Part shown: positions 15,469-25,160 of the stretch, piece after piece
How the letters are laid out: the number at the start of each line of letters is the position of its first letter
How positions within the stretch are numbered: the stretch's first letter is position 1
Assembly (NCBI GenBank): GCA_900545505.1
Contig: UQZC01000001.1
Location: 1-38,727 of the forward strand
Length of the DNA stretch: 38,727 nucleotides
DNA from: an uncultured Collinsella sp.
GTDB lineage: Bacteria; Actinomycetota; Coriobacteriia; Coriobacteriales; Coriobacteriaceae
Reading direction: 5' to 3'
Program-made: the position numbers and the translations under genes
Notes under the pieces: generated by a model
What the model was told of the DNA's origin: nothing
What the model saw: the letters and a program-made list of their open reading frames with translations, nothing else
Databases searched by the model: none

Positions 15469-15559
15469 GGAGAGTTGTCCGAGTGGCCGAAGGAGCACGA
15501 TTGGAAATCGTGTAGGCGTCAAAAGCGTCTCCAGGGTTCAAATCCCTGACTCTCCGCCA
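15469..15559 (+). tRNA. tRNA-Ser(GGA)
   Basis: Acceptor GGAGAG/CTCTCC-GCCA, anticodon arm CACGA-TTGGAAA-TCGTG, long variable arm, GGTTCAAATCC. Confidence 0.97.
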
Positions 15560-15607
15560 GTTAATTCCAAAGCAGGCCTTCGAGCCTGCTTTGTTTTTAC
15601 CCCACGC

Positions 15608-15698
15608 GGAGGGGTGGCAGAGTGGTTGAATGCGGCGGTCTCGAAAACCGTTTGGCCTGTATAAGGTCACGAGGGTTCGAATCCCTCCTCCTCCGCCA
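15608..15698 (+). tRNA. tRNA-Ser(CGA)
   Basis: Acceptor GGAGGGG/CTCCTCC-GCCA, anticodon arm GCGGT-CTCGAAA-ACCGT, long variable arm, GGTTCGAATCC. Confidence 0.97.
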
Positions 15699-15710
15699 TT
15701 AGATGGTATG

Positions 15711-15739
15711 AGCCCCAGCAATGGGGCTTTTTTCTTTTT
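15711..15739 (+). terminator. Terminator after tRNA-Ser(CGA)
   Basis: AGCCCCA-GCAA-TGGGGCT followed by TTTTTCTTTTT. Confidence 0.85.
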
Positions 15740-15788
15740 GGGCACATTTCAATTTCGCGCAGGAGGAGGGATTCGAACCCGCCCCTCA

Positions 15789-15859
15789 CCAAAAACATGT
15801 ACGTCACCCTCCAAAACCGACAATTTTCGACATCTTTGGAGGCTGACGTACACGTTTGG
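15789..15859. repeat. REP-like palindrome, copy 1
   Basis: GTACGTCACCCTCCAAA...TTTGGAGGCTGACGTAC; closely related copy at 16992-17060. Confidence 0.85.
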
Positions 15860-15880
15860 ATCGGGCTCGTGGGAGCGACG

Positions 15881-16887
15881 CTACTCGATAAGCGTCTCTT
15901 CGCCTTGTACGCTCTTCCAGTTGCGGATAAGTGCCTTGCGCAGTTCATTTTGCTTTCGTTGGTACTCGGTATCGGTGCATCGAGGCATGCCGAGTGCTTC
16001 GCGAATGTTGTTCATGGCGCGGTGAAAGGCAAGCTGACTGCCGAACTGAGCCGAAGTGAGCGTAACGATTCGATATCCCATTTGGGCGAGAACGGCCTCT
16101 CGTTCCGCATCTGCTCCCTTGCGCTCGAACTCATCGTGAAAGCCGCCCTTATATTCAATACCGAGCTCCCTGCGCTTATAGGTAACGAGCGTGTCGATTT
16201 TGAGCGTTCGAGCTTTGGCGCAGTGCCAAAGACGTTGAGGGATTTCAAGCGGTTTGTTGAGCTCGATGCCTCGAATGCCAACACCGCCTTCGCTTGTTGG
16301 GAGCGAGAGGGCGATTGCCGAAGCGGTCTCCATAGGCGAGGCAGAATGGTCGTAGATATGTCTGAGTGCGAGTCGCGCGCGTGTGGCACCGGGTTTGCCG
16401 GGGTGCATATCGAGCAGCTCGGTAATTTGTTCCTTGGACGCGGTGGCTGGTTGCTCGGTATAAGGGTCGGCGGGATTGAGCCCCATGCGATAATCGCCGC
16501 AAACTTCATAGCCGTATTCGAGGTATTCGATCCTATCCATCCACTCGGCAGCGAGCACGAAGGTGAAGGCTTCGTCGGTGATGAAGATTCCGGGCGTCAA
16601 CTCGTCAATATGCTCGTAGGGAAGATTTGTCCAAGAATGTGGCAGATGACGCCTTTGGTTCGAATTCGCTCGAATTCGAATACAACCGAGATGTCGATAG
16701 TCTTGAGCATATCGGGCGGAATGCCGCAGTCGGTAAGGGCCTGTCGTATGCGCGCAACGCGTTGCTGGGTGGAGATGCCTCGTGCGCCTATCTGGTAGTC
16801 GCGTTGTGCGAGAGGCTGCACCAAATTCTGAGGTGCATGATGAACGAGCCGTGCGGTTTTATGCGAAATGAGAACAGGGGTATCCAT
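15881..16887 (-). pseudogene. DUF559/Vsr-like PD-(D/E)XK nuclease-domain protein (actinobacterial AbiEi-like family), frameshifted near 16603
   Basis: ORFs 16597-16887 and 15881-16600 join if one base is restored (..SILT-E-LTPGIF..); motifs SASPMET and KIDTL..GIEYKGGFH..DAEREAVLAQMGYRIVTLT. Confidence 0.75.
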
Positions 16888-16991
16888 TGATGACCTCTCG
16901 CTTTGAGCCGATACCCAACTCTTATGTCCGTTGAAGTGGGGAAATATACTGGATGTGAGTAAATCGACTCATGCATGCCGCGCATGATATG

Positions 16992-17060
16992 CAAACGCGT
17001 ACGTCACCCTCCAAAGATGCCGAAAAATGTCGTTTTTGGGGGCTGACGTACACGTTTTGG
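16992..17060. repeat. REP-like palindrome, copy 2
   Basis: GTACGTCACCCTCCAAA...TTTGGGGGCTGACGTAC; loop is approximately the reverse complement of the copy 1 loop. Confidence 0.85.
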
Positions 17061-17191
17061 ACCCCCGGCATTCCAACAACGCCACGCCCGCATCCAGTCC
17101 CGACCGTTTGCCGAGCAATAGGGTCGCAATCGGCGCCGAACATGTACTATGTACGGGCATTGTCAAAATCCGTAACCCAAAGGACCCCATC

Positions 17192-17881
17192 TTGCCCGTC
17201 GTCGCCGCCATAACCATTACCTCACATGCCTCGGATGCCATGGTCGCTATTCCGTTTTGGCTCGAGATGTTCGCTGTTGTCGCTGCATCGATCTCGGGCG
17301 TGCTGGTTGCGCGCGAGCATAAGCTCGACCTGGTGGGTGCAGTTGCGCTCGCCGTGGTCTGCGGACTGGGCGGCGGTCTTTTACGCGATATGACGCTGCA
17401 GGTAGGCAACGTCTACATCCTCAACCAGCCGATGGCGCTCCCGCTTTCCATTGCCACGGCAGCCATCATCTATATCTTCCCGGCTATCGTCGACAAGCCC
17501 GAAAAACTCATCCCCTTGCTCGACATCATCTCGGTCGGCATCTATGCGGCAACCGGCGCAGACAAGGCGCTGGTCTACGGCTTTGCGCCGGCGGTGTGCA
17601 TCATGATGGGCTTTTTTACCGCGGTGGGCGGCGGCATGCTGCGCGACGGCTTTATGGGCGTGGTTCCGGGCATTTTCCAACGTACTAACTTTTATGCCAT
17701 CGCCGCCATCGCCGGATCGACAAGCTATGTGTGTCTCGTTATGAGCGGCATCATGAGCAATGTCGCCGCGCTGGTCGTATGCGTTGTCGTGACCATGGGT
17801 CTGCGCTGGCTCTCGCTGCGCTTTGACATCAAAAGCCCCACCGAAGAAGATATCGCGCGCTTTTTGCACCGTAAAAAGTAG
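17192..17881 (+). CDS. Trimeric intracellular cation channel (TRIC/UPF0126, YadS/YicG-like) membrane protein
   Basis: Duplicated motifs DLVG..CGLGGGLLRD and TAVGGGMLRD, about 7 TM helices; TTG start 17192 after AAGGA is inferred. Confidence 0.88.
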   Translation: MPVVAAITITSHASDAMVAIPFWLEMFAVVAASISGVLVAREHKLDLVGAVALAVVCGLGGGLLRDMTLQVGNVYILNQPMALPLSIATAAIIYIFPAIVDKPEKLIPLLDIISVGIYAATGADKALVYGFAPAVCIMMGFFTAVGGGMLRDGFMGVVPGIFQRTNFYAIAAIAGSTSYVCLVMSGIMSNVAALVVCVVVTMGLRWLSLRFDIKSPTEEDIARFLHRKK

Positions 17882-17987
17882 ACAGCACGGCACGACCCTT
17901 CGAAATGCAACCGAGAGGTTCTTTTAGAGCGCCCACGCGTTGGGTACCCTGTTAGGTATATGCCGAGTATCTAACAAAGGATTCACT

Positions 17988-19133
17988 ATGCCCTGCAATC
18001 AATTCCCGTCGAGCCAGCGCCGTAAAGCGTGGGGCCGCATCACCATCCTATTCGCGCTCATCGCGCTGGCGATCACCGTGCTTCCCACGGCGTCGTTCGC
18101 CGGCACGGACACCGCAGGCAATGTACTTGCGACCGACAATGACGCCAATCCGTCCGGCGTCGATGGTGACCTGTACTGGGCCGGCCAGGCCCTCAACTTG
18201 GACGATGCCTCCATCGGCCGCGATATTATCGCGGCGGGCGAGAGCCTATCGATTCGCGACTGCACCGTAGGCGGCGCCATTCGCCTGGCGGCGCGCACCA
18301 TCGACATCGCCAAGACCACGGTTGATGGCAGCGTCACGGTGGCCGGCCAGCACGTTGTGCTCAACACCGGTAGCACCGCCAACTGTTTCTATGCGATGGG
18401 CGAGACGGTTGCCCTGCGCGGCTCCGCCAGGTCGGCAGCGCTTGCGGGCGACACGGTAACCATCGATGGCACCGTCGATGGCGATGTCGAGGTTTGGGCC
18501 GACAAGCTCATCCTGGGCAAGAACGCCCACATCACCGGCACCGTGAACGCGCACGTCTCCGAGGACCCCGAGCGCGCCGCGGGAGCCGAGGTCGGCGCGC
18601 TCAAGATCGACCGCACCGAAAACGAGGATACTTCCACCGTTAACGATGTCATCGGCGGCACCGTCGCCGCGGCGCTTTCCACCTGCTTTGTCGCCCTGCT
18701 ACTCGAGCTCGTCTTTCCGCGCGCGACCGCCAGCGCCGCCGGCATGCTCCACCAGCGCCCCACGCCCCTGTGGGTGAGCGGTCTTCTGGGCACGATTGCT
18801 ATCGTCCCCGCCGTCCCACTGCTGATTATCTCCATCGCTGGTCTATCGCTTGCCGGAGCCCTCATGTGCGGCGTTATCGGCATCGCATTGGTGTCGAACG
18901 CCTTTGCGGGGTGCGCGATCGCCCGCATGGTCGGACACAGCCAAAACCGCTACGCCATGGCAGCCGTGGGTGGCAGCGCCGCAGGCGCCCTCACAGGGCT
19001 TCCCCTCGTAGGCGGCTTCATCAGCGGTGTGGCCTTTGTCTTTATGCTCGGCTACATCATCCAGATCATCTGGCGCAACGCCCGTCTCAAGCCGCAGCAG
19101 CCGACTAACACGCCGGGACTCCCCACCGCTTAG
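17988..19133 (+). CDS. Membrane protein with signal peptide, bactofilin-like beta-helix repeats and C-terminal TM bundle
   Basis: Signal peptide ending ASFA; repeated VDGD/IGRD/VGGA..AG units; several C-terminal hydrophobic helices; RBS AAGGA. Confidence 0.8.
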   Translation: MPCNQFPSSQRRKAWGRITILFALIALAITVLPTASFAGTDTAGNVLATDNDANPSGVDGDLYWAGQALNLDDASIGRDIIAAGESLSIRDCTVGGAIRLAARTIDIAKTTVDGSVTVAGQHVVLNTGSTANCFYAMGETVALRGSARSAALAGDTVTIDGTVDGDVEVWADKLILGKNAHITGTVNAHVSEDPERAAGAEVGALKIDRTENEDTSTVNDVIGGTVAAALSTCFVALLLELVFPRATASAAGMLHQRPTPLWVSGLLGTIAIVPAVPLLIISIAGLSLAGALMCGVIGIALVSNAFAGCAIARMVGHSQNRYAMAAVGGSAAGALTGLPLVGGFISGVAFVFMLGYIIQIIWRNARLKPQQPTNTPGLPTA

Positions 19134-19198
19134 CAGCTAACTGCCACAAAGATGCCAAGCACCTTTGTGGCGGCGCAAACGAACCTGCCCCCTGAACC

Positions 19199-19233
19199 AA
19201 AAAGGGCGCCGACCATCGCGGTCGACGCCCTTT
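19199..19233. terminator. Bidirectional terminator between convergent genes
   Basis: AAAAAGGGCG.CGACC-ATCGC-GGTCG.CGCCCTTT. Confidence 0.75.
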
Positions 19234-19260
19234 CTTGTTAGACGCTATAAAGCCCAGCGC

Positions 19261-21099
19261 TTATTTGTTGACCTGGCCGGCGCGGACGGCAGCCTTCTTG
19301 CGGTCGGTGGCGTTGAGCAGACGCTTGCGTAGGCGGATGTTCTTGGGAGTGATCTCGACCAGCTCGTCGTCGGCGATGTACTCCAGCGCCTCCTCCAGCG
19401 AGAAGGTGCGGGGCGGCACCAGCTGGACGGAGATATCGGAGGTCGAGGAACGCTGGTTGCCCAGGTTCTTGGTACGGGCGATGTTGACGACCATGTCGCC
19501 AGCCTTGCTGCGCTCGCCCACGATCATGCCCTCGTAGCACTCGGTGCCCGGCTCAACAAACAGCTGGCCGCGCTCCTGCAGCGTACCCAGAGCGTAGGCA
19601 ACGGCCTTCTCGGTGGTCATGGAGATCATGGCGCCGTTCTGACGGTTGCCGATCTCGCCGGCGTAGGGACCATACTCCAGGAAGGTGTGGTAGAACACGC
19701 CCTCGCCGTGGGTGACATTCATGATGCGGTTCTTAAGACCCATGATGCCGCGGGTCGGGATCTTAAACTCGAGGTGCGTCACGATGCCCGAGGTGTCCAT
19801 ACTCGTCATGATGCCGCCGGAGGTACCGAAGACCTCAACGACCTTGCCCGAGTACTCGTCCGGGCACTCGACGACGGCCTGCTCGACAGGCTCCATCTTG
19901 TTGCCGTTCTCGTCCTTCTTAAACAGGACGCGGGGACGGCCGACCTGGAACTCAAAGCCCTCGCGGCGCATGGACTCCATCAGGACGGACAGGTGCAGGA
20001 TGCCGCGGCCCGAGACCTCGACGCCGCTCTTGTCCTCGAGCTCCTCGATCTTCATGGTCACGTTGTTCTCGGCCTCGTTGAACAGGCGCTCCTTGAGCTG
20101 ACGGGCGCCCACGATGTCGCCGTCGCGGCCGACGAGCGGGGAGGTCGAAGCCTCGAAGACGATGGACAGGGTCGGCGGGTCGATCTCGATGGGCTCGAGC
20201 TCGACGGGGTTCTCGGGATCGGTGTAGACATCGCCGATATCGGTGCGGTCGATGCCCACGACAGCGGCGATGTCGCCGGCGCCGACTTCCTGGCACTCGG
20301 TGCGGCCCAGGTAGTCGAAGGTAAAGAGCTGCTTGACGGTGGCGGTAGCGCTGGAGCCGTCGTTCTTGACAACCAGGATCTGGTCGCCCTGGTGGATGGT
20401 GCCGGAGTACACGCGGCCGATGCCGATACGACCAACGAAGTTGGAGTGGTCGATGGTCACGCACTGCATGGCCAGCGGGGCGTTCTCGTCAACCTCGGGC
20501 GCGGGCATGTCGTCGATGATCATATCGAGCAGCGGATACATGTCCATGTTGCCGTCGTTGGGATCAAGGCGGGCAAAGCCATTCATAGCGCTGGCGTAGA
20601 CCACGTGCTCCATGGCGAACTCAAGCTGGTCGTCGGTGGCGCCCAGGTCGGCCATAAGGTCCAGGCAGTCGTTGTAGGCCTTCTCGGGGTTAGCACCCGG
20701 ACGGTCAATCTTGTTGATGACGATCATGATCTTGAGGCCGGTGTCGATAGCGTGACGCAGCACGAAGCGGGTCTGGGGCATGGGGCCCTCAAAGGCGTCG
20801 ACCAGCAGCAGGGCGCCGTCGGCCATACGCAGCACGCGCTCGACCTCGCCGCCAAAGTCGGCGTGGCCCGGAGTGTCGATGACGTTGATCTTAACGTCCT
20901 TGTACTCGATAGAGATGTTCTTGGCGAGAATCGTAATGCCGCGCTCGCGCTCCTGGTCGTTAGAATCCAGGACGCGGTCCTCGACCTGCTGGTTGGCACG
21001 GAAGGCGTCCGTGGCACGCAGGAGCTTGTCGACCATCGTCGTCTTGCCGTGGTCGACGTGAGCGATGATGGCGATGTTCCTCAGATTGTCTACGCGCAT
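19261..21099 (-). CDS. typA: Translational GTPase TypA/BipA
   Basis: [61 protein letters not shown]. Confidence 0.98.
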   Translation of the reverse strand: MRVDNLRNIAIIAHVDHGKTTMVDKLLRATDAFRANQQVEDRVLDSNDQERERGITILAKNISIEYKDVKINVIDTPGHADFGGEVERVLRMADGALLLVDAFEGPMPQTRFVLRHAIDTGLKIMIVINKIDRPGANPEKAYNDCLDLMADLGATDDQLEFAMEHVVYASAMNGFARLDPNDGNMDMYPLLDMIIDDMPAPEVDENAPLAMQCVTIDHSNFVGRIGIGRVYSGTIHQGDQILVVKNDGSSATATVKQLFTFDYLGRTECQEVGAGDIAAVVGIDRTDIGDVYTDPENPVELEPIEIDPPTLSIVFEASTSPLVGRDGDIVGARQLKERLFNEAENNVTMKIEELEDKSGVEVSGRGILHLSVLMESMRREGFEFQVGRPRVLFKKDENGNKMEPVEQAVVECPDEYSGKVVEVFGTSGGIMTSMDTSGIVTHLEFKIPTRGIMGLKNRIMNVTHGEGVFYHTFLEYGPYAGEIGNRQNGAMISMTTEKAVAYALGTLQERGQLFVEPGTECYEGMIVGERSKAGDMVVNIARTKNLGNQRSSTSDISVQLVPPRTFSLEEALEYIADDELVEITPKNIRLRKRLLNATDRKKAAVRAGQVNK

Positions 21100-21216
21100 G
21101 TAGTTCCCCTATCTTCTATCTATATACAACCGGCACGCGTATGCGACCCGCCCAGCAACACAACGCTCAGCGGGAATATTGAGCCTTTTACCGAAAACTC
21201 GTTTATTTTAGCGATT

Positions 21217-21698
21217 TTAGATTAGAGGGGTTTCCTCACCTGCAGGTTCAGGGTCGCTCCACATAAAACCATCGCCGGCGCCCACACCCTCGTACAGTAC
21301 GTATGCCGAAAAGCCGCTCTCGAGCGTGGTTTCGAAGAAGCTCACGAGCAGGGCGTCATGGTAGGCGCCATCGCGCCCCACACCAACCGGGCGTCTCCGC
21401 CATCGATCTCGACACAACCGGTGTAGCCGATGGCGTAACGGGCGATGCGGCCCAGGCCCTCGTCCTTAAGGCCCATCTTGTGCTCGGAGATAAAGTTGGT
21501 GGCCGCCTCCAGGCACGCCTCTTCGCCGTCCTCGTCGAGCGCCGCCAGATATCGGTTGGAAGCAGCGTCCTCGATTGCCACGACCACGCCCGGGTTCTCG
21601 CCCGCGGCCAGGTCGTCCAAGAAGGCGCCGATCAGATCGCACACCATGGCGTCGAGCTCGGCGGAGACGTTACCGGCGTCCTGCATATCCTGTGCCAT
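21217..21698 (-). pseudogene. Acidic hypothetical protein disrupted by a 32-bp insertion
   Basis: ORFs 21342-21698 and 21217-21417 fuse (..CVEIDGAYHDALL..) when one CGCCATCG copy plus 24 bp (21374-21405) is removed. Confidence 0.75.
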
Positions 21699-21728
21699 CT
21701 TTAGACCTTCCCATCGAGTCCGGCGTCG

Positions 21729-22118
21729 TTACAGTTCCTGTGCCTCGGCGGCGATCTTAGCGGCAGCGTCGCGGGCGCGCATCATATCCATCGCGCGCTT
21801 GTCGAGCACCTTGATCTGACTAGTCAGCATTACCGCGTCGACCACACCCCAGATCACCAGGCCCGTAGAGATCGAAAACCCAAGCGCACCAACTGTACCA
21901 CGAAGGCGCGAGCAGATTGCCGCGACAAGGACGGAGATGACAACCATCTTGATAAACGAGCCGCGGCGTTCACGAAGCGTGCGGGCCTGCGTCACATAGG
22001 CAATGCGAGCCGCCTCGGATGCCTCCGAGCGCATCTGGGCTTCACGCGCGATAGCCGCCGCCTCGGCAGACATGCCGCCGGCCATCAGCGAACGCTCCGC
22101 AACCTGGCCGCCCCGCAT
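21729..22118 (-). CDS. Small two-TM hypothetical protein
   Basis: 129 aa with two hydrophobic segments; start abuts the upstream stop (TAA ATG). Confidence 0.7.
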   Translation of the reverse strand: MRGGQVAERSLMAGGMSAEAAAIAREAQMRSEASEAARIAYVTQARTLRERRGSFIKMVVISVLVAAICSRLRGTVGALGFSISTGLVIWGVVDAVMLTSQIKVLDKRAMDMMRARDAAAKIAAEAQEL

Positions 22119-22619
22119 TTAGAAATCATCGGGGGAGAGCGTATGGACGAACTCGTCGAACTTCTCGAACTCCTGCTCGTCGTCAACTTCCTCGGCATGG
22201 GTAGAAACAGTGCCCAAGCGATTCATGATGTCATCCTCCACAAACATGGGAGCATTGCTGCGCACGGCAAGGGCAATGGCATCACTGGGGCGGGCGTCGA
22301 TCTTGCGCTCGTCGCCATCGACCAGCACAACGATCGTCGCGTAGAACACCGGCGGCTCGGCGCGAACGATCTCGACGCGTTCGAGCTTGGCACCCAAGGC
22401 GTCGACGGTGTCGAGCAGCAGGTCGTGCGTGATTGGGCGCTCGGCGCGGCCGCTATCGATGCCACGGCTAATGGCAGCAGCTTCAAACGAACCAGTTTGA
22501 ATGGAAAGGGAACGCAGTGGCGCGGGCGAGTCCGATTTGCTGCAGCGCTCGCGAAGCACGATAAGCGATGGCACGGGACCGGCGGCCATGACGATGGTCT
22601 CTATGTCGACACGAACCAT
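22119..22619 (-). CDS. Bifunctional nuclease family protein (DUF151)
   Basis: EAAAI, RPITHDLL, FYATI, IDARPSDAIALAVR, C-terminal F..FV..LSPDDF; RBS GGAGG. Confidence 0.92.
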   Translation of the reverse strand: MVRVDIETIVMAAGPVPSLIVLRERCSKSDSPAPLRSLSIQTGSFEAAAISRGIDSGRAERPITHDLLLDTVDALGAKLERVEIVRAEPPVFYATIVVLVDGDERKIDARPSDAIALAVRSNAPMFVEDDIMNRLGTVSTHAEEVDDEQEFEKFDEFVHTLSPDDF

Positions 22620-22732
22620 GGAACACCTCCGGTACGTAGCGGTTAACACGCGGCAAGGTCGCCGCATTGAATAGCTATACTACCCAATCTTTCGCACAGC
22701 ACACAAAACCAAAATGAGATTTATCGCAGACA

Positions 22733-22767
22733 AGAAAAAAGCCCCGAGGCAACGCCCCAGGGCTCTT
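22733..22767 (-). terminator. Terminator downstream of tRNA-Ile
   Basis: Imperfect GC stem (AGCCC..GGGCT) followed by TTTTTTCTT on the minus strand. Confidence 0.6.
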
Positions 22768-22778
22768 CACAGTTTTGA

Positions 22779-22855
22779 TGGTGGACCTGACAAGATTCGA
22801 ACTTGTGACCTCCCGGTTATCAGCCGGACGCTCTAACCAACTGAGCTACAGGTCC
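22779..22855 (-). tRNA. tRNA-Ile(GAT)
   Basis: Minus strand GGACCTGTAGCTCAGTTGGTTAGAGCGTCCGGCT-GAT-AACCGGGAGGTCACAAGTTCGAATCTTGTCAGGTCCACCA. Confidence 0.97.
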
Positions 22856-22859
22856 ATCA

Positions 22860-22916
22860 TGGTGGAGGTTAGGGGGATCGAACCCCTGACCTCAGGCTTG
22901 CAAAGCCCGCGCTCTC
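22860..22916 (-). pseudogene. 3' 57 nt of tRNA-Ala(TGC), a probable att-site duplication
   Basis: Minus strand GAGAGCGCGGGCTT-TGC-AAGCCTGAGGTCAGGGGTTCGATCCCCCTAACCTCCACCA; the 5' acceptor strand and 5' D-arm are absent. Confidence 0.9.
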
Positions 22917-23768
22917 GAAAATGAACCGCACACCGGAGAGGCCTCCGGTGCAAAACCAGCTATTCGATTCGCTTTCCTTTTCGAGTGCTTAAAAATCGCC
23001 GACGCGATTTGAAAACGTCTCGCGAAAACTTTACCGCCGTGAGAGGTGGTAAAGCAAGATGTGTGGGAAAACAAATGGCCCGTATGGGCCCATTTGTTGC
23101 CACCCACACCCATCTTGCAATCTACGGAACGGGGATTGGGCGAAACGCAGTGTAGACGTGGAATGAGAGGCCTCATTCCAAGCGAGAGGCCTCGCGGCGT
23201 TGTAACTGCGTGAAGACCGTGAGCGGAAGCGAATTTTTAACGCGAAGGATGCTGAGTGTTAGAGATTCGCTGTAGCGAGAGCGAAGCGGTGATGCGAATG
23301 CGAGGGATGCCGAGTATTTGCATCACCGCGCAGCGGGTTTGCGGCGCCCGCGACGCAAACCTTCGACTTTGTCGAATGTTTTTCGTAACGCCAGCGAAAA
23401 AGTTGAGGCAGCTTTCGACATTTCAATGACGCGGAGAGTCTTTGGTGAGACTCGTAGCGTTGTTGAATTGTCGAAAGGTAACGCGATTTGAATTACGGTT
23501 CGGATTAACGATTCGATTTTCATGCGGCGGCCAAGCCGCCTATGATTGCTCCCTCCGGTCGCTATCGATTTTCAAAACTCCCGTTTTGTTTTGAATCAAT
23601 TTGAAATCCGAAATGAAAAACGAAACGCCCGCGCGAGTCGCTTTGACTTTTGCGCGGGCGCGATTCGGATCGGCCGAAAATCAAGCTGATGATATTTTGA
23701 GTTTCGCGTTTTAGATCTCAGAAACCAGATCTAAAAACTGCGGCGTTAATTTCACTTCGCCCACAGCA

Positions 23769-25034
23769 TTACGGCGCGAGCACATCCAACGGAACAACTT
23801 GGACGCCGCGGTCGGTAACATAGGCTTGTGAACCAAATCCAATGATTGCAACTTTCGAAACCGGTGGGTTGTTTCCGGCGGCAACCATACGTTCCTCGAC
23901 AGCAACAAGATTGTCAGATGCCTCTTCGATTTGAGCGGAGCTGAGCTTAACTTCAACTGGGATCCAGGTCCCGCCAGGAGCCGCAATGACTGCATCGACC
24001 TCTAAATCACGAGAATCATGATAGTGGTAGAGGCTCATTCCGTTTGCTCGCGCATAGACCCACAAATCATGGAGTGCCAACGATTCAAAAAGTAGTCCAA
24101 GCGTCTTGAAATCTAGCAGCAAGGTCTCCGGAGTCGCCCCGAGCGCAGCGGCCGCCAGTGACGGGTCAGCAAGATGATGCTTCTTTGATTCTCTTAAGTG
24201 CACAGGAGATCTCATTGCTGGATTCCATGCGGGAATATCGCGAACGAAGCTGACCCGAGCGAGAAGAGATATATACGATGCCGCCGTTTGTCTCGATACC
24301 TCTCCACCAAGATCAGCTACGAGCGTCTTGAGTGTCGCCAAAGTGGATTCATTGCGCGCAAGCGATTCGATAACAGCTTTGACCTTTTCGGGATCGCGTC
24401 GAGAGCCATCAACACGAGACAAATCTTCTTCGGCAACTATGCCGATATAACGTTTTGCCATCGCCGACGCAGCCAGCACATCGCGCCCGACCGCCGCGGG
24501 CCATCCGCCGCGAACAACGCACTCGGCAATCGAGGCAGAATCCAACGACCCGAAAGCGCCATTGAACTTTTCGCCAGAAATAATGCTCGACAGCTTAACC
24601 GCACCGCTAGATTTCCCAAGTTCGAAAAGCGTCATGGTATCCATGCGCAATTTAGCGAACCTTCCAGCACCACTGTGCATCGGCCGCTCATTGTCTCGCG
24701 GTGTCGCCGACCCCGTAAATATGAACTGGCCAGGCTCGCCGCCGCGGTTGTCGCACTCAAACCGTGCCGCGTCCCAAAGTTTCGGAACCTCCTGCCATTC
24801 GTCGATCAGCCGCGGCACCTCGCCGGAAACGGCAAGCGCCGGGTCCGTCTCGGCACGCAAACGATTCTCGAAGTTGCGCGACGGATCCATGAGAAGGAGC
24901 CTGGACGCCGCACGGGTCCCGGCTGTGGTTGTCTTTCCACACCATTTCGGTCCTTCGATGAGAACGGCACCGAATATCCCTAGCATCTGGTCGAGCTCAT
25001 TTTCGATAATTCGAGTGTAGTACTTTTTTGGCAT
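23769..25034 (-). CDS. AAA-family ATPase with C-terminal DUF4143 domain, paralogue 1
   Basis: Walker A GPKWCGKTT, Walker B LIDEWQ, FIFTGSA, GGWP, LFESL..HDL, EVDAVI..VEVKL; start 25034 or 25046. Confidence 0.9.
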   Translation of the reverse strand: MPKKYYTRIIENELDQMLGIFGAVLIEGPKWCGKTTTAGTRAASRLLLMDPSRNFENRLRAETDPALAVSGEVPRLIDEWQEVPKLWDAARFECDNRGGEPGQFIFTGSATPRDNERPMHSGAGRFAKLRMDTMTLFELGKSSGAVKLSSIISGEKFNGAFGSLDSASIAECVVRGGWPAAVGRDVLAASAMAKRYIGIVAEEDLSRVDGSRRDPEKVKAVIESLARNESTLATLKTLVADLGGEVSRQTAASYISLLARVSFVRDIPAWNPAMRSPVHLRESKKHHLADPSLAAAALGATPETLLLDFKTLGLLFESLALHDLWVYARANGMSLYHYHDSRDLEVDAVIAAPGGTWIPVEVKLSSAQIEEASDNLVAVEERMVAAGNNPPVSKVAIIGFGSQAYVTDRGVQVVPLDVLAP

Positions 25035-25060
25035 ATTCTTCACCATTGATTACCGGCGCG

Positions 25061-25140
25061 TTTAACTAAATTTACCGTTTTCATTTAACCAGATTTTGCT
25101 TTTTCGATTAACCAGATTTACGCATTTCAGTTAACGAAAC
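25061..25140. repeat. Four direct repeats with 23-bp period upstream of paralogue 1
   Basis: TTAAC cores at 25062, 25085, 25108, 25131; consensus approximately TTAACCAGATTT. Confidence 0.85.
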
Positions 25141-25160
25141 AGATTGAACATGCCGAGTCA

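Noticed and set aside
22860..22935. Intact tRNA-Ala
   Set aside because: Upstream minus-strand sequence cannot form the acceptor stem or D-arm
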